A DNA stretch of 63,603 bases, counting the filler, from Reticulomyxa filosa (Eukaryota; Protista; Foraminifera): the NCBI GenBank assembly GCA_000512085.1. It is 18 parts of 18 records of this genome, joined end to end, with 100 filler letters (N's around TTAATTAATTAA, not from the genome) between each part and the next. Parts side by side here need not be neighbours in the genome. Positions count along the whole stretch, not along the records: positions 36,936 to 39,420 come from ASPP01032996.1; positions 39,521 to 40,593 come from ASPP01020438.1; positions 40,694 to 43,997 come from ASPP01003872.1; positions 44,098 to 45,261 come from ASPP01047410.1; positions 45,362 to 55,482 come from ASPP01010657.1; 13 more parts are not named here. One strand, 5' to 3'. Position numbers and translations under genes: made by a program. Below, piece after piece: positions 37,655-50,742 of the stretch. The notes under the pieces are model-generated. The model was not told the origin of the DNA and ran no database searches. It worked only from the letters and a program-made list of their open reading frames with translations. Every line of letters begins with the position of its first letter. Position 1 is the first letter of the stretch.

Positions 37655-39520
37655 TCTACCAATAAATACAAATCCATTTACTATCACCGACATTTTTTTT
37701 ATCCATCAACACGACGCGCACATTACGATTTTCATTGATATTGATATTCCAATAATTATCGGATGCGATTGCATTTGAATTATATTCAAAAAATATGGTA
37801 AGTTATAATAAATAACACCACCCGCACTCCAATCTCTCACATTTGCACCATATACGCGTTTTCTTTCGTTATACGGATAATCACACTGTAACGATCATCT
37901 TTGCTTTTTATTTCCTGGTAATCACAATCGAATATTAATTACATAGTGTATATTTGTTGTAAATTTTTAAAAATAAAAAATAAAAAGAATACTTGAGTCC
38001 TGGTTTCCGCATCATTCTTCACAAGCCTTTTATTGTTTGTATTTGGTGTTGCGAATGTGGTTCACATCATTTTCAACAAAACAATACGTTTTTTTGTTAT
38101 GTGACCATTAAAAACCTATGTTGTCCATACACCCTTTTTCAGACATAAATATAATCATCATACCCGAATACGTTTGGATTGGAAGCTTGTCTGTATAATC
38201 AACCAGCCATGAGGGAAAAAAAACAAAAAAATTTGATCATCTTTTACTCAAAAGATGTTAATTTTTTTTTGTCAAGTCGTCCCTTTTTTTTTCCTCCACT
38301 TCACCACCTTCCCTCCCCTTCAGTTCGAAAAACTTGAATTTATAAAAAGAAATATGGTATGTATGACTCCACTTTGGATACACACAACCATACTTTGATG
38401 ACCACTGATACTTGCTTTATTATTTTCATAGACACAGGTTTTTTGTTGTTCCAAATATACACAAAGACACATGTGTGTATCGCGAGTCTCTCGTTTTAAA
38501 TAAAAATAAAATAAAATAAAAGATACGTTGTTTTTTGTTTTGAACGGTGAAAAATTACATTAACTTTCTTCAATAATTGCATCGGACATAATAGACATAC
38601 TTTTCGCAAATACGATTTTTCCTGTGAATTATCGTTATTTGTGCAATTTTTTTTTAAGAATCGACAGAAAAATGTAGAAAAAAAAAAGAATGACTTAACT
38701 GTAGTAATAGATAGCCAAGCTAATCTAATCTGATGACGTTCGATTTAACAGCTTTTTGCTGCAAAGTTTGATGAGAAGCGCTATTTAAAAAAAAAAGCAT
38801 GTTCAGCAGCCCTACAAAATCTGAAAAAGGGTTTGTACGGTAAGTCGGAAAGAAAAGGTGCAATGATTTGTTTTTGTGTTTCGCAAAGCTGCTTGTGCGT
38901 TGTTTCCTTTTTGACAAAAAAAATCAGCTGATATTTAGCTTTTTTTTTTTTGTTTTTGCGAAAGGAAATACTTGTTTAAAAAAAAAGTGTTGTTGTGCAC
39001 GACCGAAAACATACGTTTACTGTATAAAAAAAAAGGGGTATTTCTTTACTCCTTCCATTGATTTGACGAGAAGGTAGAATTGATTTTTGATTGGTTGTTC
39101 AATAACAGTTAAAAAAGGTTTTCTGGCTCCATGTTTAAAGGCATTGAAAAATTTAATATGGTAAGTTGGATGTTTTTTTGTAAAATAGATATGATTTTTT
39201 TTTCCAATGAAATTTTGACAGTTTATAGTGACAATATGTTCAAAATTGGAAATTTAATTAAATTATAATATTCAAATTTGAGTCAAAATTGGTTAATTCT
39301 TTTTTTGCTCCTTCCCTATCAGCTCTTTAGATAAATTTTTTTTGTCTGTAGGTTTAAATAACGTGCGAATATATACATATGTATATATTACAAGGAGAAT
39401 GGATTTGTTTTCACTTCTTTNNNNNNNNNNNNNNNNNNNNNNNNNNNNNNNNNNNNNNNNNNNNTTAATTAATTAANNNNNNNNNNNNNNNNNNNNNNNN
39501 NNNNNNNNNNNNNNNNNNNN

Positions 39521-40245
39521 ATTGCTATTGCCAATGTTTTCATTATTATTGTTCTGACCCATCACTTCCTTTTGCTTGCGTATCCACTCATTCACTTCCG
39601 CATTCAGTTTTGCTATTGGGACCTACATTCACACAAACAATCACAAGACTAATAGCCCGACATACTAATATCCAACTTCGGAAATACGCAACTTTTTTTC
39701 CCCCCTTCCCTCTCCTCCCCTCTCTTCCTCTTTGTTACTCTATCAAATGAAAAGCTAGTGTTGAAAACAAACTGATGGCGTTGGGTTGCTGCTGTTTGGG
39801 ACATTCTCCGTGGTGCGCACAATTCTTTGGAAATTAAATTGAGGTGCGTTTGCAGGAGCTGTCGTTACTGGTAAATTGACACTAGTATTATTTAATGCGC
39901 CATGCGTATAGTTTGGAAGGGGGTATGGATAACTATAAGAGTAGCAATAACTAGGATAACCATATGCTCTGTTTCACATTTTTGTGTTTGTTATTTGTGG
40001 TTTGATTTTAATTTAGTTTGATCTTGTCTTATGTTGTGTTATGCTGTTTTTGGTTTTGGTTTTGGTTTTGGTTTTGTGCAGCTTTGGTACTTTACAAATT
40101 TTAAGAAATACATTAAAAAAAAAAGCTTGTGTGTGACTAACAAAGGCGTATAAAAAGGTTGATAGTTGGGGATTTGGGGGGTCAATGGCTGAGGGACTTG
40201 GCTTGGTTGGTTCGTCTGTTGTTGTTGCTCTTGTCGGTCCGTCAT
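39521..40245 (-). CDS. P/Q-rich hypothetical protein, 3'-partial
   Basis: MTDRQEQQQQTNQPSQVPQP followed by intron-like sequence and further P/T/N-rich exons. Confidence 0.45.
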
Positions 40246-40725
40246 TTATCCAATACAACAGAAAAAATAATTTGATGTTTAACTTATTCTCCAAATGACA
40301 AAAATGATGAAGCTATATAATTTTTTTTTAAATTTCCCTTTCTTTTAAAACTAGACATTAGAAGCTTAAAATCTTTCAGTTTCCAACAAAACAAAGGGAT
40401 AGCTTCCAATCTTTCGATTACACAAAGATTCTCTTGTAAAAAATATGGATTATTGCTGTGTTTATTTCTGAAGACATTTTGCCAATATTACAAAAGAGCG
40501 TAATAGACAATGAAAGAAAAGTCAATCGTGGCCAACATCCACAAAGCAGACAAGTGCTTTTTTTTTAGTATACTTTTAATTTTTTTTTTTTTTNNNNNNN
40601 NNNNNNNNNNNNNNNNNNNNNNNNNNNNNNNNNNNNNTTAATTAATTAANNNNNNNNNNNNNNNNNNNNNNNNNNNNNNNNNNNNNNNNNNNNAAAAAAA
40701 AAAAAAAAAAATTTGTCAATAGTTT

Positions 40726-41457
40726 TTAGAAACCTCGCAACAGGTAGTTCTTTGGATAAACAACTTGCCCTCCACATCCATTAATAGATTCAAGAATGAA
40801 AGTGCCGATTTTATCTCTTTGCCTGCTTCGTTCCAGAAATGTCTTCAATTCGTTGATGTAATGGTCACATATCTCCTCCTCGGACTTGCAATTGCGCATG
40901 TTGTACTTGCCGCGGAACATGTCCGGCATCGGAAGGATGTGTGTCGATTCTGGGATTGGCAAAGGTTGTCTCGGCTGGTCCTGCAGCTTGTATGACGAAA
41001 TGCTCACCAATGTTGTCGAATGACCGTGATAGCCGTGCTCGACCGATAAAATGTCCTTCTTGTTGTGGTTGTGGTATGCCTGTGCCATTCGGATTGCCAA
41101 CTCATTCGCTTCCGTCCCACTGTTCACAAAGATCACGTGCTTCAGCGGTTCCGGGAACGTGCTCGTCAGCTTCTTCGCGTACATTGCTATGTTCGGGTGC
41201 AAGTATCTCGTGTTTGTATTCAGCTTTGACAACTGCTCGTTCGTCGCTTTTACCACTGTCGGGTGACAGTGTCCGACGTGACATACGTTGTTCACACAGT
41301 CCAAGTATGCTGTGCCTTTCTCGTCGTACAAGTACTGCTTGTCACCTTTCACTATCAATAACGGATTCACGTCACCATATGCCACACTCAAGGACGGAGA
41401 TAAATGGCTGGATCGAAGATTCAAAATCTTTTTTTTTGGGTCACTAAAATCTAACAT
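40726..41457 (-). CDS. Class-III PLP aminotransferase, ETNPPL/PHYKPL (AGXT2L)-like, 3'-partial
   Basis: QYLYDEKG..YLDCVNNVCHVGHCHP, LNTNTRYLH, FVNSGTEANELAIR, GYHGH, FILESINGCGGQV. Confidence 0.92.
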   Translation of the reverse strand: MLDFSDPKKKILNLRSSHLSPSLSVAYGDVNPLLIVKGDKQYLYDEKGTAYLDCVNNVCHVGHCHPTVVKATNEQLSKLNTNTRYLHPNIAMYAKKLTSTFPEPLKHVIFVNSGTEANELAIRMAQAYHNHNKKDILSVEHGYHGHSTTLVSISSYKLQDQPRQPLPIPESTHILPMPDMFRGKYNMRNCKSEEEICDHYINELKTFLERSRQRDKIGTFILESINGCGGQVVYPKNYLLRGF

Positions 41458-41845
41458 CTACTATTACTTTTCTATTTTTATTACAACTGCCCTTTCCCTC
41501 TATTCCCTTCTTTCTTTAAGGTCCTTCCTTTCAACCAAAGATTCTAACCAAATTCTTTTCCCTTCACATTTCCTTCACTTGAGCTAAAGAGATAACTAAA
41601 ATTTTTAATCTGTCTTTTTTTAAAATTAATTCAGTTAGTGCTGGACATTTTTAGAAACTCAAGTAAAACACTCGTACGTGCACTGCGAGCGTGACCACAC
41701 TTTACAAACACCTCTAAACCAAAGCACACAGCCAACCTTTTAAAATTTTTTTGAATATGGGTAACAACTGCAAGCAACTGCGGTTCTTGTGGCCATTTTT
41801 TTTTGCTGTTGGTAAATTGTGGTCTAAGCACATGCTTTTCGTTCG

Positions 41846-42988
41846 ATGTCGTCATGGTTGAACATTTCATATCAAATAGTTTCTGCACTTTCCAGCTTGA
41901 CAATTTTGATCATTTTGGGATTGTACGTTTATCACTGGAAAAAACAGTCGGACAAACCCAAAGAGAACTGCAAGGCGAGAATTCCATGGCTCTCAATATG
42001 CACATGTTTATGTTTCATGAGTAATATTTGTACAGGAGTATTAGCACTGATGGAAATGAACATGAGGGAGGAGTGGTGTAAAACGAGAATCCAAGTAACC
42101 GTAGTTTTCCTAATATCTTCTCGTTTTTTTTTGTATAACCTGTTGATTTTACGCCTTGAAATAATTTTTGAAGGATCTGCGTACGGCTATTCTAAAGGTT
42201 TTCTGAATTGTCTGAGGATTATTACAGTCATATATTGGGTGACGTATGTCTCGTTGGGTCCTTGGTTCGCACATGGCCGAAAGACGTCCTGGAGTTCGTG
42301 TACGTTCAGCACGGAACTTTATTTGGTCATCCTGGTTGCTCTGATGGACCTTTTTTCTAATTTTTTTTGTTTAGGATTGTTCATAAGGTAAGGTCCAAGT
42401 CAAAACTTTTTTTATTTTTTTTTTTAAAATAAAACGAATACTTAAAAGATGGACACTTTTTTTTTTAAAGTACTTTAAAAAAAAAAGTGTCCATCTTTTA
42501 AGTATTCGTTTTGTTTTAAAAATAAAAATTAAAAAAAGGCCCTTGTTCAGAGTACTACACGGTAGCGATAGCAAAAGACTTCAGGACGTAACAATCAAAT
42601 GCACTGTATTAACGGCAACAGCGACATTAACAAGTGTGGCAGCAATCTTGTTATTTTTGCCTGGTTGGCCTATTTATCATATCAATCGGATTGATGAAGT
42701 TATTTTTTTTTTCAAAAAAAAAAAAAAAGGTATTGATATCTCTGTTTGCAAAATTTTTAGGCGGTAAATTGCACATGCTTGCTATTGATGAGCAACACTT
42801 ATCATCGGTGGTATAAGTGCTTGTGTGTGTGGTGCATCTTTTGCTGGAGATCGCCAATTCAAACAGTCGAAAGAATGGCCACTATCACGTCTGAAACAAG
42901 TGCAAATGCGAGCAATCCGGCCATCAACTTATCCTTGCGAAAAGCAGAAGAAGTCCCAGAATCCTTTAACATTGATGGGACGGCATAA
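41846..42988 (+). CDS. Seven-transmembrane, GPCR-like protein (exons 41846-42387, 42539-42698, 42761-42988)
   Basis: Spliced product has seven hydrophobic segments, a Cys at the start of TM3 (EEWC) and in the TM4-5 loop (SSC), and an LRL motif ending TM3. Confidence 0.7.
42431..42512. repeat. Perfect 82-bp palindrome inside intron 42388-42538
   Basis: AAAACGAATACTTAAAAGATGGACAC-T10-AAAGT|ACTTT-A10-GTGTCCATCTTTTAAGTATTCGTTTT. Confidence 0.97.
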
Positions 42989-43579
42989 CTAAACTTGGGG
43001 TTTTGTGTGCACAACAAATGTACGTTTTTATTTTCTTACATTATTAATTAAAACTTTGGAGATATACGATTTTGTAAATCTTCAGATTTTGTGTACACAT
43101 CACTTTGGGTAACCTCCACTTCTTCCCTTCTCCTCTTCCCTCTTTTTTTCTTGGACTTTTTTTTGAAGAAATTGGAATGCTGATATTTCTTTCCCCGTTT
43201 GCGTTTGTGGGTGTTTATGTTTGACATTTTTGCATCACTTTATGCAAAGTTAACATCGTTCTAAGCCTCTTGTATATGCATCAAAAATATATATATACTT
43301 TCGGTTTTTTAATTAAGCTTTTTTTGGCTCCTTATAATTGGCAGAAGCAAACAAGAGCTGTGTGACTGATTGTCATTTGCTCGAGGTAACTTGAACAATT
43401 TTCCATTGGGGGTAACCCCTTCATAGTGCTTGCTTATAGGACGAGAGTAAAAAAAAAATAAAATAATAGCAAAAAGCAAGTCTACAATATATGAAAAGGT
43501 GTAATTTCGTTGAAGCTGTTGAAGAAAGATGAAGGGGATGCAACATATGAGAAAAAAAGTGGAAAAGGAAATGAAAAGA

Positions 43580-43997
43580 TTAAGGGGATCGTAAGACATC
43601 ATCTTTGGGAGAAAAAGAAACATTACAACCACATTTGGATTGAACATTGGGGTTATTTGAAATAACAAAAGATTTTTGAAGTAAATCTTGAACATAATCC
43701 AAAGTAGAACCTTTTAAAAAGATTAAAGATTGTTTATCAATAACAATATCAACATTAATATTAATATCATGAATAATAATATCTTGATCATTTTCAATAT
43801 CTTGATCATTAATTAATTCAAATACATATTGAAAACCTGAACATCCACCACTACTAACACTAACACGTAATTTTAAATCTTTTTCTTTCTTTTTTTCTTT
43901 TAATTCTTTTATTCTTTCTTTTACATTTTTTGTTATAATTAATGGATATTCTTTTTCATTTGTAATTATATTTTTATGTAATGGTGATGATGATGAT
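43580..43997 (-). CDS. ISCA2: A-type Fe-S cluster carrier (IscA/HesB family, ISCA2/ErpA-like), 5'-partial; absent from the ORF track
   Basis: Manual translation: KLRVSVSSGGCSGFQYVF...IVIDKQSLIFLKGSTLDYVQDLLQKSFVISNNPNVQSKCGCNVSFSPKDDVLRSP*. All three conserved Cys present. Confidence 0.92.
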
Positions 43998-45438
43998 NNN
44001 NNNNNNNNNNNNNNNNNNNNNNNNNNNNNNNNNNNNNNNNNTTAATTAATTAANNNNNNNNNNNNNNNNNNNNNNNNNNNNNNNNNNNNNNNNNNNNTAA
44101 ATATTTATTTTTATTGTTTATTGAATTGTTTTATGCAAACGTCAAAATGTTTAATACATCTTTAAAATTAGACAGCTTAAAAAATTTTGTATATATCTTT
44201 GATAAAATTGTTTGAGAACAACTAGAAAGAAAAACAAACAATTATTAAAAACATTTTTTGTTCGTCTCCTTCCTCTTCCACCTTCCAACAAGATAACTAG
44301 TTCTTTAACCACACAAACAAACAATGATATCATTTTCCTCTTAGGCATTACTTGTCGTTTCAAGCTTCTTGTCATTTTTGTCATCATTTGTGCTGAGAAA
44401 GAAATGGGAAAACAAATCGAATGTCGAAATTAAGCAATTAACAGAAGAAATTGTACATTATAATTTGCATAAACTCGCTCTATTTAACATAAAATTTCAT
44501 TGATTTTTATCTTTCCAAAGATCAAGTTTCAAACGTCTTAATATTATAATATGTATATTATTTAATTGAATAAATTTCAAGAGTTTCTTGGGTCGAAAGG
44601 GTGACATTTTTTTATTATAGATTAGTTGTGCAAAATCTTGTTTTGATCTTTTTTTATTATATTAACATTATTATACTATATTCGAAAAATTTGATAAACA
44701 CTTGATCACTATTTCTTTCAGTTTAATAAGATTTCAATCATTCAAAATAACTTTTTTGTAATAATATGAAACTATAATTACTGTAAAAAAAAAAGTAAAG
44801 ATATTTTGTTAAATTATGAAAAGTTTTATTGAAAAAGTTTAATTATTTTGAAGGAAGAAAAAAATTTAATTGTATACGATTAATTTTCAAACGCTTTTAT
44901 ATCAAATGCAAGCTTGCGCATAGATACAACATCGCTCATTCTCTAAATCACATGAAATACTAATTCAAGTAACGTAATTATATAGTTATAAAAGTTTCTT
45001 GGAAAAATGAAAACATCTTATGCGCAGCAAATAAAGTTATACAGTGCAGCATTGGCTGTTTTTTTTGTTTAAAAAACTTTTTATAACCATCAGAGCGAGT
45101 GTTGTTGGCTATCAAGAAATTAAATTGAGTAATATTTCATTCAATTAAATCAAAAAAGAGTTTTACTTTTTCCAAGGTATCTGTTTTTTGTGTTATCCCC
45201 AAATATGAATGAGACCCTTCCATGAACCATAACACAAATTGACATTGCAAACACTGTCATCNNNNNNNNNNNNNNNNNNNNNNNNNNNNNNNNNNNNNNN
45301 NNNNNTTAATTAATTAANNNNNNNNNNNNNNNNNNNNNNNNNNNNNNNNNNNNNNNNNNNNAAAAAAAAAATGAGTAGTTGCGGATCTGTATCTGTATAC
45401 GTATGTGTTTGTTGTATTGATCATCAAAAAAAAGTTAG

Positions 45439-47050
45439 AGTACGTAGACCTTTCAATGAATACGTTTAACAAGGATACATTTACACTTTTTTGCGATGCT
45501 TTGGGCGCAAAAAAATGCTTACAAGTATTCAAATGTCAGTGCCTTTGTGATGAAAAAAATGAAGCGATGATCTTTCCAACGTGCGTTACAACAGAAAATA
45601 TATGCTCCCTTGTACAGCTGCTATCCTTTGATAGCTCAGTGTCAGAGTGCGTTGACATCCTACCTATCAAACAACTGCATCTCAAAGATTTAAATTTACC
45701 ATCGGCAGTACTCGAAGCTGTCTTGGGACATTTTCATCGCAATTGTGAGAAATACACCGAATTGGAGTCCCTATTGTTTGGAGGCACTCCGTTTTCTGTG
45801 CAAGCATGGAAGGACGTAGTATTTCTTGCGGATTATTGCAAATGTTATTTATTGTTTTGATTTATAAGTTGCAAAAAAAAAAAAAATTGATATTCCAAAC
45901 ATTTTTATTGTGTCGCTTATTTTATCCTACAGTAAAGCAGTTGGAGGTGTCCACATGTGAAATGACCGATGCTGCTACATTTTCAGAACTCTTGGCCTCC
46001 AACTCTGTCCAGAAAACTTTGGAGTACCTAACCATAGACTTTGTTTTGTGTGTGTGCTTTTTTCCTTCCTCTCTCCTTTTTATTTCATACTTTTGTGGAA
46101 ATGTTGGTTTGTTCTTGTGTTTTTTCCTCCCCTTCTCCTTGCACTAGACTCCGAGTAAAGCTGCTGACGACATTGGAGCCATTTTTGATGATCAATGGAC
46201 GTCTTTGTCAGATCGGCAGACTTCTCCAGAAGTTCCAAAAATGCATCTAACTTTAATTAGTCCAAAAGTGTTTGCGAAAGTGTCTCTTGTGAAGTTATTA
46301 AACTTCTGCACGTACCGAAATGTCCACACGTTGTGCGTGACTCCAATTATACAAAAAGACACTGTTTTGTGAGAAAACTGAAAGCACTCCATATTTTTTT
46401 AAAATTCAAATTGAAAATATCATTCCTTTTTTTTCTTATTATTATGTTTTGTTGCAGGGATATGGATTGGAAGAACTACTTTTTGACTGTATTGAACAAC
46501 TAGTCGAAGAAAATTCAACACTCCGAGTAATTAAAGAAGTATCCATTCATGGAAAACTGTCGAGACGATTAGAATTGACTGAGATAAATAAATTAAATAA
46601 ATTATCCGCATTGAGTCTTAAAAAATTTAGTTGGCCCGTTTTTCAGTTTAGATATAAAAAAAATTCAATCTACCCCTTTTCTTAGCACAACTGAATATAT
46701 ATAATTTTAGAGAAGAGAATGTGTTTGATGCGCTCGTGGCTTCTTTGCAAAGTCGAATTGAATGTGTTGTAATTTCAAACGTGATTACCACTACAATCAT
46801 TGAAAAAATTGCAACACTACTGGACGAGTTGTGCACTATTGAAGATTGGAGGGTAGGTCTTCACCGGTTGCAGGTTTCTGACATTCAAGTAAGTTGAAAA
46901 GCTCTTTTAATTTCAAAGATATCTTTGTCATTTAGCCATCCGCACAGTTCTTTTTAGCAATATGTGTGCATTGACTATTTCAATATAGGGATGGGAACGG
47001 CAAGACTGTGACCTATTTTGGAATAAATTTGCTGTTGTTTGTGCTATTAA
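45439..47050 (+). CDS. Leucine-rich-repeat (RNI-like) protein, 5'-partial, multi-exon
   Basis: LEYVDLSMN, IKQLHLKD, LESLLFGG, VKQLEVST, LEYLTID, LRRLELTE: LxxLxL patterns. Confidence 0.6.
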
Positions 47051-47766
47051 TACTGTGAAAAACGGATAGCCCAACAGTAGAAATTGCTCACTGCAAAATC
47101 ATTTTTTCATTTTACAAATGTCTTTTAATTTAAAGTGATTGTATATACTCTTTGTTGCGCAGCCTAAAATTTAATTGTATTTTTAGAGAAAATAAATCAA
47201 CAGAATGAGTTACATTTTGAGAAACTCTTTCGCTCATGCTTATAGTTAGTGAAGGCAAATATTCAAAAAGAATCAAGTTAAACAAGCAAGAGAGTTTGAA
47301 AGCACCTTTTTCTGTTTGTTTTGGGTTATAATTTTTTTGGTTTCAACTCACAGCCTTGAATGTGTTACAAAAAATTCCATCAATCCAACCAAATTGAAGG
47401 ACACCATATACAAGTGAGCAAAAAAAAAAAAGCAACATTAAACAACAGGGAGGAGTTGCAAATTGGAAATAAGCTCTGTAATGAAACCAAACAAAACTAA
47501 GGCCAACAAACGATCCAAAAAGAATCTATAAATTTTTTTTTATACAGAAAAACTCCCAACTGAAGGAGAGAGGAAAAATAAACGTTTTTTTTTAAAAAAG
47601 CAAAGATCTGAAAACAAGCAATTAAAAAAATGAAAACAGATGAAATGGGAAGAATGAAATTTTTTGAAATGTGCAATTTGTCTGTTTGCCTTCGTACTTT
47701 TGTCATAGTTTTTTTCGTGTTGTGTCTTGAAGGAGGGGGGAGAGATTTTGTAACAAAAGGAGATGT

Positions 47767-50742
47767 TTAAACTCCTGAATTGTTTCTCATGTAAGCCATG
47801 CCGACAGCTCCAATGTCGGATTCTTTTTTATCCAAATCCGACTCTTTTTTGCCCATGTCGGAATCTTTCTTTTCAGGGACGTCTTCAATAGTTTCCAGCT
47901 TCTGAGCTTTGACTTCCACGTAGCCGTTGTGTTTCTTGTCCATGGATATTCTTCGAATTTCTTCTTGCTTGCGTTCTTCATGTATTTTTTCTGCGGCCGC
48001 TCGGAACTTTTCGGCGCGTGCTTTGTACATCTTCTCCAGCTTTTCTTGATTCTTCTTCACTTGCTCTTGCATTTCACTGCTCATCGCTTCTGGAATTGCC
48101 ATCATTCCAATGAATGATAATAACCTGCCATCGTTACCTTAGTACATACAACATCATCCATTCACAAATCAAGTTGGACCCCATGTTATTGTTATATACT
48201 ACATACATACGTATACACATATATAAATATACATATATATATATATACATGTATATAACAAACCTGAGCGCAATCTCTTGGTGTAATCAAAATGCAAGGA
48301 AGGACGAAGCAAGTTGACCTCTTGTTCAACTTCGTCACTGCTAAATGCCAACTTTTGTTCTTCTTCTTTGCGGACATAAGCAGCATAAACTAGAAAAGCA
48401 ATGTGATAGAGAATCAACAGATCAAAAAGATGATGAAAAAGTAAAAATCCAAATCTGGATTGAAAGTGATTACAAATGCGCTTTCCAACATCAATGCGAC
48501 TAAATATCCGTATGAAAATAATATGTACTTGTCCTTTTTTTTTTTTTTTTTTAAGACAATGGTTTTGAATAACACATACAAATAGATACACACAGTTCTT
48601 TAAAAAAAATATGTGTATGCATATATACATGTATATATAGTTTAACCATGTAAGTGAGATATGGGACATTTGGCAGATTATCGAAGACGACAAAAGTGAA
48701 AGCCACAGCAGTTAAGATAAGAGTGATGAGCAAGTTCAGCCTGTTTCCCAAATTGTCAAGTCCAGATAGCGAAAACGCCGTCAAGGCAAGCCCACAAATG
48801 CATGCCATTAAGAACTGGATATTCCATAAAAATACCTTCCATCCTTTAATCATTTTTCCCCCCCCCCCCCCCCCACCACATACAAAGTTCAAAAATATGT
48901 TTCTTTTTTAAAAAAAAAGCAAACAGATTGAACAAGTGTGAGCACGTAAACGTGCAAACAAAAGGATGTAAACAAATATTTGCAAAAAAGGGAGGGTACG
49001 CACGTCGTTTGACTTTGAGACGAAGCACGATCATGGCGTAGCTGGAGCCGGCCCTGGACGACTTGGCATCTGCGTCGCCAAACTCGAGAATAGCCGTTTC
49101 CAAGTCCCATTCGTCAATGACACTATAGCGAGGATCAATTGACGCAAAGTTGGGGTTTCTTAATTCCGGCAAAAATATGCAGCGCACGCCACCCGTGGTT
49201 CTCTCATGGATCACACAAGACAAATCCTGGCACTGTAATGTTATTTTTATTCATTTTGTTGTTGTTAAATTATATTTTGAGTATTCCACGTGTTTGCATT
49301 ATATATACATATATGTATATATAATAAAGAAATTGTAGATTATAGTGTGGGATAGTAGGGGTATGATTCCAAAAAAAAAAAAAAAAGGGGGATTGACATA
49401 ACATCGAAAGGGAAAGCTTGCAATTCCAATTCTTCGGCAAAGGTCATTTCGCATTCTAACTTGGCGCGAATAAACTTGGCACAGGAGGAGTCGAATTGAT
49501 CCGACGGGATCTTGTCACTTTTTTCTTTCCCAAAGTCTGCAAATGTTTGAATTCGGAATCGTCCTTCTTCTGGATACTCTTCCCATTCACGGAGTTGTTC
49601 TTCGATTGCATTTTGAAATTCCAAGTGAGGATACCTTTTTTTTTTTGAAAAAAAAAAAAGTGATATAAAAAAAAAGTTTAAAAAAAAAAAAAAAGGGGAC
49701 CATTTGGGCTCCCAACGAATCAATTTTTCAACGTCTCCAGCGTTCGCAGCATCTTTGGCAACGCAATACATTAAATAGTCTTCTTTTGTTGCAAGCCAAT
49801 TGAAGTAAATATGAAACCTCATTTTGTACTAACCAAAAAAAAAAAAAAAAAATTTGAAATGATTATATGAATAGTATCACAAACATATTTACATGTAAAA
49901 AAAAAAAAGGGGGGGAGGAAACCTTAAAAAAAAAAAAACTTAACAGTTTCGCCAACATTGTCTACTTCACTCACTCGTTTGATTTTGATAGCGACAAAGA
50001 CTTTGCGAACAGACCCTTCTTTTGGAAACCAAAGCTCTTCGATTTTGCCTTTTGGCGTCTTGATTTTCCACTTTTCGACATCTCCAATGGTGATGTTGTA
50101 TCTCCACTTCGGATCTTTTTCGTGGATCGTTTTCGAGTTCGTCTTGTCTTTATCTGAGAGCAGACACTTGGCGGGGATGTTTTGGTTTTCCTCCAACACT
50201 GTAAATAACAATTTCTCCTCGCTTCTGTCTATTTTCACTTCTTCCACTTTTTCTTTCACCACTGGTGGAATGTCTACTGATGCATGTTCTTTCTTTTCTT
50301 TTTTAATGCTGCTTGCCCGTCGGTCCTTTTTTTTTTTTTTTTTAATTTAAAAAAAAAAATCAATATGCCAAAGGTACGTACAAATCTCCCCCTTCTCGTC
50401 TTTCAACCAACCTCTCTTCTCTTACATATAACATGTACATAACTGATCCTTTTGTTGCGCTCTCCTTTTTTGTTGTACTCTCCTTTCTTGCTGTGTTCTC
50501 CTTTTTCGTTGTGCTCTCCTTTCTATTTCTGGACTCGCTTTTTGGACGCTGTCAACTCCAACATTAAAACATTCGGATATACACCAAACTAACTTTTTTT
50601 TTTTTTGGTTGACTGAGGTTTGAAGCCCAATGCAACTGAGATTATGTACTAGGTTTTTTACCGTGGCAAAATTTAATTCTTTGGAAAGATGTCGCTCTAA
50701 TTCTGCAACTGGGATATCTGGAAGTAACTCGGGTTGGGCCAT
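47767..50742 (-). CDS. Pentameric ligand-gated ion channel-like subunit (Cys-less / Pro-loop type), multi-exon
   Basis: IKRVSEVDNVGET, WYPHLEFQNA, ELELQAFPFD|CQDL, EWDL, pre-M1 LKVKR, M2 NRLNLLITLILTAVAF, M2-M3 LPNVPYLT. Confidence 0.88.
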
